From an uncultured bacterium (GTDB lineage: Bacteria > Methylomirabilota > Methylomirabilia > Methylomirabilales > JACQHM01): DNA of 59,105 bases. Location of the stretch: NCBI GenBank assembly GCA_964535215.1, contig CAZHST010000014.1:13297-72401 (forward strand). Direction: 5' to 3'. The notes under the pieces were generated by a model. That model saw only the letters and a list, made by a program, of their open reading frames with translations, searched no databases and was not told where the DNA came from. The number at the start of each line of letters is the position of its first letter. Position 1 is the first letter of the stretch. Position numbers and translations under genes: made by a program. Of the stretch, positions 46,391 to 55,939 are shown one piece after another.

Positions 46391-47506
46391 ATGGGGAAGC
46401 CGGTCTCGGTCCTGAAACAGGTCAGGGCAGGATGGCAGCTCCTGGCGGGCGGTGGGCCGGGGATCTGCAACATCGCCATCACCAATGCCTGTAACGCCAG
46501 GTGTGACTTCTGTAACTACGCGTACGATAAACCGTTTGTCACCAAGAAGGTCATGGTGGGCTTTCAGGAGCTATGCGAGGCCATTGATATCCTTTACGAG
46601 AGAGGGATCCGGTACCTCACTTTTTCAGGGGGCGAGCCCCTCCTCCATCCGAGGCTCAAGGATATGGTGGCGTACGCGGTGGAGAAGAGGATGAGGCCCT
46701 CCATCTGCACTAACGGCTTCCTCCTTACGCCCCGGATGATTCGCGACCTCAAGGCCAGCGGCCTTCAGACGCTCTTCATCTCCATTGATGCCACCTCATC
46801 CCAGGAGCACGAGCAGAACCGAGGGCTCCCTGGCGTCTGCGGGCGGATCAAGGAGGCAAACCATGAACTCAAAGGCCTCGGGATCAAGACCGTGGCCTCG
46901 GTGACCATCAACAAATTGGTTAAGGACTTTGCCCGACTCCTCCGCTTTCTTCAAGAGCTTGGGTTCGAGACCGTGACCTTCTCCTACCCGAAGCGGGTCC
47001 TGGGCTCGTCCTCCCTGGTCTTTTCCGAGACCTCGCCCCTTGTCGATTACACCCCTGAGGAGCTGATCGTGGCCTTTGAGGAGATCAGGCGGCTCAAGGG
47101 TCAGTTCCGCATCCTGAACCCAGGGGAATCCCTGGCGGAGATGGTCCGGTTCCTCAAGAGAGAGCCGCAGCGCTTCCCCTGCTTCGGGGGGTACAAGTAC
47201 TTCTTCCTGGATTGGAACCTGGACGTCTACCGGTGCGACTTCTGGCCGACGCGGATGGGCTCCATCTATGAGTTCCGGGAGACGCCGTTCATTCGGGACA
47301 ACTGCACCCTCTGCATGAGCGATTGCTACCGGGACTCTAGCGTCTTGCTGCATGTGGCCGTCTCCCTGGGGGATGCCATCGGCCACCTGAGGCAGGGCCA
47401 CCTGTTAAGGGCCATGCGTGCCCTCGTGACCCGGAGCAACGCCTGGTCTCTCAAGGCCCTGGTCCAGGAGTGGGGAACGCTTAGGAGCCTGGCGAAGCGG
47501 AGGTGA
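46391..47506 (+). CDS. radical SAM protein with C-terminal Cys-rich (SPASM/twitch-like) region
   Basis: ITNACNARCDFCNY CxxxCxxC cluster near the N-terminus. Additional cysteines CTLCMSDC near the C-terminus. Confidence 0.75.
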   Translation: MGKPVSVLKQVRAGWQLLAGGGPGICNIAITNACNARCDFCNYAYDKPFVTKKVMVGFQELCEAIDILYERGIRYLTFSGGEPLLHPRLKDMVAYAVEKRMRPSICTNGFLLTPRMIRDLKASGLQTLFISIDATSSQEHEQNRGLPGVCGRIKEANHELKGLGIKTVASVTINKLVKDFARLLRFLQELGFETVTFSYPKRVLGSSSLVFSETSPLVDYTPEELIVAFEEIRRLKGQFRILNPGESLAEMVRFLKREPQRFPCFGGYKYFFLDWNLDVYRCDFWPTRMGSIYEFRETPFIRDNCTLCMSDCYRDSSVLLHVAVSLGDAIGHLRQGHLLRAMRALVTRSNAWSLKALVQEWGTLRSLAKRR

Positions 47507-48294
47507 ACCCCTCGGTGTTCGGGAAGCGAATCCTCCTGCTCATCCCCCACCCGGACGACGAGGTGGTGGGGTGCTCGGCAGCGGTAGGGCGGGCGCGAGT
47601 CCAGGGGGCGGAGATTTTTGGGTTTTACCTGACCACGGGGGTCCCGCCTCGGGAGGCGCTCTGGTGGTGGCAGCGGAGAGGCTACCCACGTCTCGTCGAG
47701 CGACGCCGAAAGGAGGCCGAGCAGGTGGCGGCGCTCCTCGGGATCGAGGCCGTCGAGTTCCAGGAGATCCCCTCCCGGACGTTAAAAAGCTTTCTCGGTC
47801 CAACCCGGGAGAAGCTCATCAGGGCAATTCGGGGGCATCAGATCGACACCCTCTGGGCTCCGACCTACGAGGGGGGGCACCAGGATCACGATGCCGCCAG
47901 CTTCCTCTCGAGTACGCTTAAAGGCTCCGTCCAGGTCTGGGAGTTCAGCGAGTACCACTACTTCGGGGGAAGGGTGCGGTGTCACGAATTTTTCGCCCCC
48001 AACGGGACAGAATGGGTTCTTCTCCTGGACGACGGGGAGCGGGAGGTGAAGCGGAAGGCCCTCGCCCTTTACCGGTCGGAACGGAAGAACCTTCGGCACA
48101 TCGAGATTGCCCGCGAGGCCTTCCGCCCGTTGGCCAGCTACGACTACCGTCAGCCCCCGTATCGGGGAAAGCTGTTCTACCAGCGCTTTCAATGGGTTCC
48201 GGCCCATCCCCGGATCGATCCCTGTCGGCCTGAAGCCGTGTGTCAGGCCTTTGACCGCTTCATGTTAGAGGGGGGAGACCGGGGAGAGGGATAG
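47503..48294 (+). CDS. PIG-L/LmbE family N-acetylglucosaminyl deacetylase
   Basis: LLIPHPDDEVVGCSAAV zinc-binding motif. 4-nt overlap with the radical SAM gene. Confidence 0.75.
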   Translation: MNPSVFGKRILLLIPHPDDEVVGCSAAVGRARVQGAEIFGFYLTTGVPPREALWWWQRRGYPRLVERRRKEAEQVAALLGIEAVEFQEIPSRTLKSFLGPTREKLIRAIRGHQIDTLWAPTYEGGHQDHDAASFLSSTLKGSVQVWEFSEYHYFGGRVRCHEFFAPNGTEWVLLLDDGEREVKRKALALYRSERKNLRHIEIAREAFRPLASYDYRQPPYRGKLFYQRFQWVPAHPRIDPCRPEAVCQAFDRFMLEGGDRGEG

Positions 48295-48322
48295 GCCGGT
48301 CAACCTCTTCACCAGAGGCGCT

Positions 48323-50059
48323 CTATTCCTTGATCTCGGCCCAAGCCCGCTGGTAGTCCTCGAAGGTGTTGATCTCCATCCAGCCTTTGTAGATCTCGAC
48401 ACAGGAGACCTTGACCCCTTCGTCGATCATCGCCTGAAGGAGGTCGGTCAACGAGGCCTTCTCGATGGATTCAGCCTCATAGAACCTCTGATGCCGGTAT
48501 CGGTCCAGGGCCCGTCGGTAGGCTTCTTTGAGGCTTTGAGCCCCTTTCTCCGAGAACATCGCCATGCCGATGAACTCCCCGTGGGCCTCGTCAGGGTCGA
48601 TGTCATGACCGATCCTGACCACGGTGTTTTCCCCTTCAGGGGGAAGGAAGCGGTAACCATGAACCGGGGGGGTTTTCATCACGACCAGGGCCGGCTTTGC
48701 CTTGTACGTCGGAGGGTCGATGCCGTCCCGACGATTATGGTACCAGGCCCGATCCACGGCCAGCACGATGTCCCCTTTGCTCTTCAAGAGCTTCTCCAAG
48801 ACCCCCCGGTCAAAGATGATGTCCCCGTAAAGGAAGATAAAACGACCCTCGATCTCAGGTTCAGCGCAGAAGAGAGAATACAGGATGTGGGTTTCCTGGA
48901 ACCGGTCATTCTCATAGTAGCGGATATTTGGGTAATCGATGCTTTCCTTCTTATACCCCCGGACAACGGCGATCTCCTTGATGGAACACTCGTTGAGCCT
49001 GGCGATCTGGCGCTCCAGGATGGTTTTCCCTTTGATGTCCAGCATCGTCTTGGGCCGGTCCTTGATCAGCGGGAGGAGTTCCTTCTCGAATCCGGCCGCG
49101 AGGATGATGGCCTTAACCTTCTCCGCGCCCACGGGGAGGAACCGTTCTTCCCGATCTTTTAGCTCACTCACCCCTACCAGGTCGTAGACCTTTTCCAAAG
49201 GGACGATCCGGGCGGAGACGGCCTCCGCCGAGCCTTTCTCCTTCAAGAGGTGGAGGGTCTCCTCCATGGCCTTGATGGCCGCCCGGATGGCCTGATTGGC
49301 GAAGATGACGACCTTGAACCCCGACTCCTGAAGCTCCTCCAGGGTCACCGAGGGGAACAGGGTCGGAACGACAACCAGGGGTGCGGTTCCACTCCAGACC
49401 CTGGCGAACTCGCGAAGCTCGTGGAAAGAGCTGGCCTTGGAGTGGACGAGGATGGCGTCAGCGCCGGCCTCAGCGTACGCCTTGGCCCTCTTCAAGGCCT
49501 CTTCCATCCCCCAGCCGGCGATCAACGCCTCGGTCCTGGCAATGATCACAAAATCCCCCGTTCTCTGGACCTCCTTGGCCGCCCTGATCTTTCCGACATG
49601 TTCCTCGATGGAGACAAGCTCCCGGCGGACTCCCGGGTAAAAGCTACACCGCTTTGGAAAGACGTTGTCCTCGATGCAGATCCCTGCAATTCCCGCCGCT
49701 TCGAACTCGATGGTGGTCCGCATGACGTTGATGGCGTTGCCATACCCATCATCGCAATCGGCGATGACAGGAATCGAGACGGCCTGATTGATCTTCTTGA
49801 CGATCTCCAGGTTCTCGGTCATGGTTAAAAGCCCCGCGTCGGGGAGACCCATCTGGGCTGTGGAGATCCCGAAGCTCGAGGTCCAGACCGCATCAAAGCC
49901 GGCCCGCTCGATGAGTTTGGCACTGATGGCATCATGGGCCCCGGCCACCAAGATCATCCCAGGCCGTCGCAGGAGCTCTCGGAGCCTGATGGTTTTCTGC
50001 ACGGGTGAAGACCTCCTTCTGGCCAACGAAGCGGACGAACCCTCCGAGGTGACCCACAA
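48323..50059 (-). CDS. bifunctional phosphoenolpyruvate phosphomutase (PepM) / nucleotidyltransferase fusion
   Basis: The N-terminal roughly 300 aa (ILVAGAHDAISAKLIERAGFDAVWTSSFGIS...IADCDDGYG...GICIEDNVFPKRCSF) matches the PEP mutase branch of the ICL/PEPM family (EDKxFPKxNS-type, no KKCGH). The C-terminal roughly 250 aa is an NTP-transferase (KAIILAAGFEKELLPLIKDRPKTMLDIKGKTILE). Confidence 0.8.
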   Translation of the reverse strand: MWVTSEGSSASLARRRSSPVQKTIRLRELLRRPGMILVAGAHDAISAKLIERAGFDAVWTSSFGISTAQMGLPDAGLLTMTENLEIVKKINQAVSIPVIADCDDGYGNAINVMRTTIEFEAAGIAGICIEDNVFPKRCSFYPGVRRELVSIEEHVGKIRAAKEVQRTGDFVIIARTEALIAGWGMEEALKRAKAYAEAGADAILVHSKASSFHELREFARVWSGTAPLVVVPTLFPSVTLEELQESGFKVVIFANQAIRAAIKAMEETLHLLKEKGSAEAVSARIVPLEKVYDLVGVSELKDREERFLPVGAEKVKAIILAAGFEKELLPLIKDRPKTMLDIKGKTILERQIARLNECSIKEIAVVRGYKKESIDYPNIRYYENDRFQETHILYSLFCAEPEIEGRFIFLYGDIIFDRGVLEKLLKSKGDIVLAVDRAWYHNRRDGIDPPTYKAKPALVVMKTPPVHGYRFLPPEGENTVVRIGHDIDPDEAHGEFIGMAMFSEKGAQSLKEAYRRALDRYRHQRFYEAESIEKASLTDLLQAMIDEGVKVSCVEIYKGWMEINTFEDYQRAWAEIKE

Positions 50060-50271
50060 AAGATACCCTATGATACTTCAGGGGTCCTGGTCGGACAAGC
50101 CTTTTTCGAGTCCCCGTTCTGCCGAGGCAACACCCCGGGCTCCCCGAGACCTCGGGAAACGGGAGAACCCCGGCGATCCCCTGGGTTTTTCCGGAGAATT
50201 TGCTTGACCTTTTTTCGGGATTTCATCTATAAAAAAACTAATGCAAGGGTTTGGTCGTTGGTGTTCAAGCG

Positions 50272-51654
50272 ATGGAGGAGGACCGCCTGACGGTGAGGGA
50301 AAAGATCAGGTTCGTCTGTCAACAGTGCGGCTACTGGAGCCCGAGATGGATGGGCCGCTGCCCGGAGTGTGGAACATGGGGTGGCCTGCTCGAAGAGCGG
50401 GAGGTCAGGATGCATCCCCCCCCCTTGGGGCCCCATGGTCCCGGAGAAGGGCCAAAGCCGATTACGGGGATTGATGCGACCGCCTTTCCCCGGCTTCCCA
50501 CCGATGTTCAAGAGTTCGACCGGGTCCTGGGAGGAGGGATCGTGCCCGGGTCCCTCATCTTGATCGGTGGAGAACCGGGGGTGGGCAAATCGACCCTCTT
50601 GCTCCAAGCGTGTGCCGGGGTGGCGTCAAGGGGGGAGAAGGTCCTCTATGTTTCAGGCGAGGAATCCTTGGAACAGGTCAGGGGGCGTGGGGAGCGCCTG
50701 AAGGCTCTGCATAGGGAGCTGCTGCTTATGGCCGAGACTAACCTTGGTCGGATCCTGGAGGCGGCGGAGGCTGTCAGCCCGCGTTTCCTCGTCATGGACT
50801 CCGTCCAAACGACCTATACGGAGGAGATGGAGTCCCCACCGGGGAGCCTGAGCCAGATCCGGGAGGTGGCCGCTCGTCTCATGCGGTTTGCCAAAGAGAC
50901 CAAGGTGAGTGTCTTGCTGATTGGGCATGTCACCAAAGACGGCTCCCTGGCTGGGCCGAAGGCCTTGGAACATATCGTTGATGCCGTCCTCTCCTTTGAG
51001 GGGGAGCGCCAGTTGCCTTACCGCATCCTCCGAGCCACCAAAAACCGCTTTGGGTCCACCGAGGAGATCGGGGTTTTCGAGATGACCGAGGAGGGTCTTC
51101 TGGAGGTCACGAACCCTTCTGAACTCTTTCTCGCCGAACGCTCCCTCCAGGCCCCCGGGTCCGTAGTGGTCCCGACGATGGAGGGGACGAGGCCGATCCT
51201 GGTGGAGCTCCAAGCCTTGGTCACCTCGACGGGGGCAGCGATCCCTCGTCGGGTCTTCGGGGGGTTGGACTTTCAGCGGGCCTCGTTGATCCTGGCCATC
51301 GTCGAGAAGCGTCTCGGGCTTCCCCTGGCCGCTTGCGATGTCTATTTGAACGTGGCCGGCGGGGTGAGGGTCTCTGAACCAGCGGCCGACCTCGCCATCG
51401 CCGCGGCCGTCGTGTCCAGCTTCAAAAACGCACCAGTTGATCCCTCCGCTGTGATTTTCGGAGAAGTGGGGCTGGGAGGCGAGGTGCGGGCGGTCCGTTC
51501 GGCAGAACGGCGCCTCATGGAGGGTGTCCGCTTGGGCTTCGCCAGGGGCCTGTTACCCCAGGCCAATCTGGAGCGGCAGCGGATGGCCGTCTCCATGCAG
51601 CTCACGGGACTCCGGAGCGTCTTGGATTTGGTCAGGGAACTCTTTAACGGATAG
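50272..51654 (+). CDS. radA: DNA repair protein RadA/Sms
   Basis: N-terminal C4 zinc ribbon (CQQCGYWSPRWMGRCPECGTWG), Walker A GEPGVGKSTLLLQ, KNRFG motif, Lon-like C-terminal domain. Confidence 0.9.
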   Translation: MEEDRLTVREKIRFVCQQCGYWSPRWMGRCPECGTWGGLLEEREVRMHPPPLGPHGPGEGPKPITGIDATAFPRLPTDVQEFDRVLGGGIVPGSLILIGGEPGVGKSTLLLQACAGVASRGEKVLYVSGEESLEQVRGRGERLKALHRELLLMAETNLGRILEAAEAVSPRFLVMDSVQTTYTEEMESPPGSLSQIREVAARLMRFAKETKVSVLLIGHVTKDGSLAGPKALEHIVDAVLSFEGERQLPYRILRATKNRFGSTEEIGVFEMTEEGLLEVTNPSELFLAERSLQAPGSVVVPTMEGTRPILVELQALVTSTGAAIPRRVFGGLDFQRASLILAIVEKRLGLPLAACDVYLNVAGGVRVSEPAADLAIAAAVVSSFKNAPVDPSAVIFGEVGLGGEVRAVRSAERRLMEGVRLGFARGLLPQANLERQRMAVSMQLTGLRSVLDLVRELFNG

Positions 51655-51672
51655 CATCAAATAAATAAAGCT

Positions 51673-51702
51673 TTGACTCTGATCGGTTTCTTCAGGTATG
51701 AT
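51673..51702 (+). promoter_or_regulatory. predicted sigma70-type promoter for carD
   Basis: TTGACT – 18 nt – TATGAT, about 18 nt upstream of the carD ATG. Confidence 0.4.
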
Positions 51703-51719
51703 GGTGACGAGGTACGACC

Positions 51720-52202
51720 ATGTTTGAGATCGGGACGAAGGTCATTTATCCGACTCATGGGGTGGGCGTCATCGAGGCCATCGAGAGGCGGGAGGTCGCA
51801 GGAAGGCGGCAGAACTTCTACATCCTACGGATTCTGGGGAATGGGATGACCATCATGATCCCCACCCAGAATGCCAAGAAGGTGGGCCTCCGGAAAGTGA
51901 TCCATCCCTCCGAGCTCTCCAAGGTTATGGAGATCCTGAGGCGAGACGACCTGGAGATCTGTCCGAACTGGAACCGAAGGTTTAAGGACAACCTGGAGCG
52001 GATCAAGACCGGATCCCTCTACGAGATCGCCCTCGTCCTGCGTCGGCTTCTCCTCTTGCAGAAAGGGCGTAACCTTTCCTTCGGGGAAAAACGGATGTTG
52101 GAAACCGTTCGGAACCTGATGGTGACGGAGATCGCCCACGCCATAGGTGTCTGCGAAGACGAGGCCAGGGCGATGATCGACAGGACCATCGCCCAGGCCT
52201 GA
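51720..52202 (+). CDS. carD: CarD/CdnL family RNA-polymerase-binding transcriptional regulator
   Basis: MFEIGTKVIYPTHGVGVIEAIE... is the CarD_CdnL_TRCF N-domain. Confidence 0.85.
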   Translation: MFEIGTKVIYPTHGVGVIEAIERREVAGRRQNFYILRILGNGMTIMIPTQNAKKVGLRKVIHPSELSKVMEILRRDDLEICPNWNRRFKDNLERIKTGSLYEIALVLRRLLLLQKGRNLSFGEKRMLETVRNLMVTEIAHAIGVCEDEARAMIDRTIAQA

Positions 52203-52245
52203 TCTCAAAGCGTTCGACCCTCGAAGGGAAAGGAGATGAGGTTCG

Positions 52246-53256
<1,011 letters not shown>

Positions 53257-53259
53257 CCC

Positions 53260-53952
53260 ATGTTCGTGACCGCCATTGTTCCGGCCGCCGGCGGGGGGGC
53301 CAGATTTGGAGGCAACCTCCCCAAGCAGTTCGTTCCTTTGGGGGGTGTTCCTGTCCTCATCCGGACCCTTACCGCCCTGACCCACAACGATCTTATCCAG
53401 CATCTTATCGTTGTCGTGCCTCCCGGGGAGGAGGCATGGGTAGAGGATCTTGTCCGTCGTTTCGAGATCCACCGGCCTGTTGAGTTTGTGGGAGGTGGAA
53501 GGGAACGCCAGGAGTCTGTGTATTTGGGGCTGATGCGGGCGAAGGCCACCACGGATCTCGTGGTGATCCATGATGGTGTTCGCCCCTTTCTTTCCCCAAC
53601 CCTCTTAGAGGCGTGTGTTCGGGAGGCGGAGAGGTGGGGAGCCGCCGTGGTTGCTGTCCCGGTTAAGGAAACCATCAAGGAGGTTGAGGGAGACTTCGTC
53701 CTTGGGACGCCGGGGCGGGACAAGCTGTGGGTAGCCCAGACCCCTCAAGCCTTCCACTACCCGTTGATCCTTGAGGCTCATCGTCTCGCTCGAGCGCAAG
53801 GGTTCCTGGGAACCGACGACACCTCGCTGGTGGAGCGGCTCGGGGCCAAGGTCAGGGTCGTGCCAGGTTCCTACGAGAACATTAAGATCACGACCCCTGA
53901 GGATTTGCTCTTAGCCGAGCGGTTCATCGAGAGGGAGGTCATGGGAGGGTGA
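53260..53952 (+). CDS. ispD: 2-C-methyl-D-erythritol 4-phosphate cytidylyltransferase
   Basis: AIVPAAGGGARFG...PKQF N-terminal motif, full-length IspD. Confidence 0.85.
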   Translation: MFVTAIVPAAGGGARFGGNLPKQFVPLGGVPVLIRTLTALTHNDLIQHLIVVVPPGEEAWVEDLVRRFEIHRPVEFVGGGRERQESVYLGLMRAKATTDLVVIHDGVRPFLSPTLLEACVREAERWGAAVVAVPVKETIKEVEGDFVLGTPGRDKLWVAQTPQAFHYPLILEAHRLARAQGFLGTDDTSLVERLGAKVRVVPGSYENIKITTPEDLLLAERFIEREVMGG

Positions 53953-54434
53953 GGGTCGGGCTTGGGTTTGATGCCCATCCCCTGGTGGAAGGGAAGCGGC
54001 TGATCCTGGGAGGGATCGAGATCCCTTACGGCAGAGGACTCCACGGCCATTCGGATGCCGATGTCCTCCTCCATGCGATCATTGACGCCTTGCTAGGAGC
54101 GGCCGGATTGGGGGATATCGGGGCCCACTTTGGGACCGCTGATCCCCGGTACGAAGGGGTGTCAAGCCTCCTCTTCCTGAAAGCGATTTGGGAGCAGATC
54201 TCGGCGAAGGGGTTCGTCATAGGGAACATTGACGCAACCATTATTGCCGAGGCCCCAGTGCTCGCCCCTTTTAGAGAGCCGATGCGCCAGACCATCGCCC
54301 GCTCCCTGGAGGTCCCCCCGGAGCGGATCAATATCAAGGCCTCAAGTACAAACGGGCAGGGCTTCATCGGACGGGGGGAGGGGATCGCAGCCTTTGCCGT
54401 CGCCTCCTTGAATCTGAAGGTTGAGGAGAGGTGA
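53949..54434 (+). CDS. ispF: 2-C-methyl-D-erythritol 2,4-cyclodiphosphate synthase
   Basis: RVGLGFDAHPL...GHSDADVLLHAI. GTG start overlapping the ispD stop. Confidence 0.9.
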   Translation: MRVGLGFDAHPLVEGKRLILGGIEIPYGRGLHGHSDADVLLHAIIDALLGAAGLGDIGAHFGTADPRYEGVSSLLFLKAIWEQISAKGFVIGNIDATIIAEAPVLAPFREPMRQTIARSLEVPPERINIKASSTNGQGFIGRGEGIAAFAVASLNLKVEER

Positions 54435-55915
54435 TGAGCCCCGTGCGGGTCCGCTTTGCCCCTTCCCCCACAGGGCCCCTCCATCTGGGAGGGGCCAGGA
54501 CCGCTCTCGTCAACTGGCTCTTCGCCAGAAAGCACGGTGGTGCCTTTCTCCTTCGGATCGAGGACACAGATCCTGATCGTTCGAGTCCTGAGTGGGAGAA
54601 GCTCATCCTGCAGGATCTGAGCTGGCTTGGACTCGATCCGGATGAAGGGCCTGACCAGGGTGGACCCTATGGGCCGTATCGTCAGTCGGAGCGTCTTTCC
54701 CTCTACCGATCTTACGCTGAGCGGCTCCTGAAAGAGGGGAAAGCCTATCGGTGTTTCTGTACCCCTAAGGAGTTAGAGCAGGAGCGGGAGGCCCGGCGGA
54801 AAGCGGGGAGGGCGCCCCGCTATTCGGGCCGGTGCCGTACCTTGTCGTCGGAACAGGTGCGGGCCTGTCTCACAGAAGGTCTGTCTTACACCCTTCGCTT
54901 TCAGGTGGAGACGGGCGACCCCATCGTTTTCAGAGATTTGATCCACGGAGAGATGCGTTTCGAGCGGGAGGAGCTCAGCGACTTCATCATCCTAAAGGGG
55001 GATGGGTGGCCGACCTACTTGTTTGCCGGCGTCGTGGACGACCATCTCATGGAGATTAGCCACGTCATCCGGGGTGAGGATCATCTCCCCAACACGCCGC
55101 GCCAGCTCCTCCTGTACCAGGCCTTGGGCTTCGAGACCCCAACCTTTGCCCATCTTCCTTTGCTTCTCGGTTTGGATCGGACCCCTCTCTCCAAGCGTCA
55201 TGGTACGACGGCCGTCGCCGAGTTCAGAGAGGCGGGCTATCTCCCGGAGGCATTGATCAACTACCTGGCCCTCCTCGGCTGGTCACCCGGGGGCGGTGAG
55301 GAAGTCCTTTTGCGAGAAGACCTGATCGAACGGTTCGATCTGGCCAGGGTTGGCAGAGCAGCGGCCATCTTTGACAGGAAGAAGCTCGACTGGCTGAACG
55401 GTCAGCATATGAGAAGGGCGGATCTGAAGAGGCTTGTGGAGCTCGCCGTTCCTTACCTTCGGAAGGCGGGTCTCTTCAGCGAATTCCCCGAACCTGGTTA
55501 CCTCGCCCGCGTCATCGAGGCTGTCCGGGATAGTCTCTCCACCCTGTCAGAGCTTCCCGAAGGGGTTCAGATCTTCTTCCGCTTCGATCCTTCCGAGGCC
55601 CTGTCCCTCCTCTCCGGCCTCCCGTCCCCGGTCCCTCGTCTCCGGAGGATCCTGGAGGCCCTTCGGGAGGAACTTTCGAACCGGGAGGTTCTGACACCCG
55701 AGGACTACCCTGCGCTCGTCAAGGCCCTTGAGCAGAAGACCGGTCTCAAGGGGAAAGCCCTCTTCCGCCCTCTCCGCGCTGCCCTTACCGGGAAGATGTC
55801 CGGCCCTGAACTCAGCGTGTTAATCCCTACCCTTGGGAAAGAGGAGTGTCTGAGAAGGCTTGAGTTGGTGGTAAAGACTTGGGAGCAAGGCTCCTTCCCG
55901 GCGGCGATCTTTTGA
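54431..55915 (+). CDS. gltX: glutamyl-tRNA synthetase
   Basis: RFAPSPTGPLHLGGARTAL (HIGH) and KMSKR-like LSKR motif. Confidence 0.9.
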   Translation: MMSPVRVRFAPSPTGPLHLGGARTALVNWLFARKHGGAFLLRIEDTDPDRSSPEWEKLILQDLSWLGLDPDEGPDQGGPYGPYRQSERLSLYRSYAERLLKEGKAYRCFCTPKELEQEREARRKAGRAPRYSGRCRTLSSEQVRACLTEGLSYTLRFQVETGDPIVFRDLIHGEMRFEREELSDFIILKGDGWPTYLFAGVVDDHLMEISHVIRGEDHLPNTPRQLLLYQALGFETPTFAHLPLLLGLDRTPLSKRHGTTAVAEFREAGYLPEALINYLALLGWSPGGGEEVLLREDLIERFDLARVGRAAAIFDRKKLDWLNGQHMRRADLKRLVELAVPYLRKAGLFSEFPEPGYLARVIEAVRDSLSTLSELPEGVQIFFRFDPSEALSLLSGLPSPVPRLRRILEALREELSNREVLTPEDYPALVKALEQKTGLKGKALFRPLRAALTGKMSGPELSVLIPTLGKEECLRRLELVVKTWEQGSFPAAIF

Positions 55916-55939
55916 TCGAGTGTCCCTGTCAGGCCCAAG

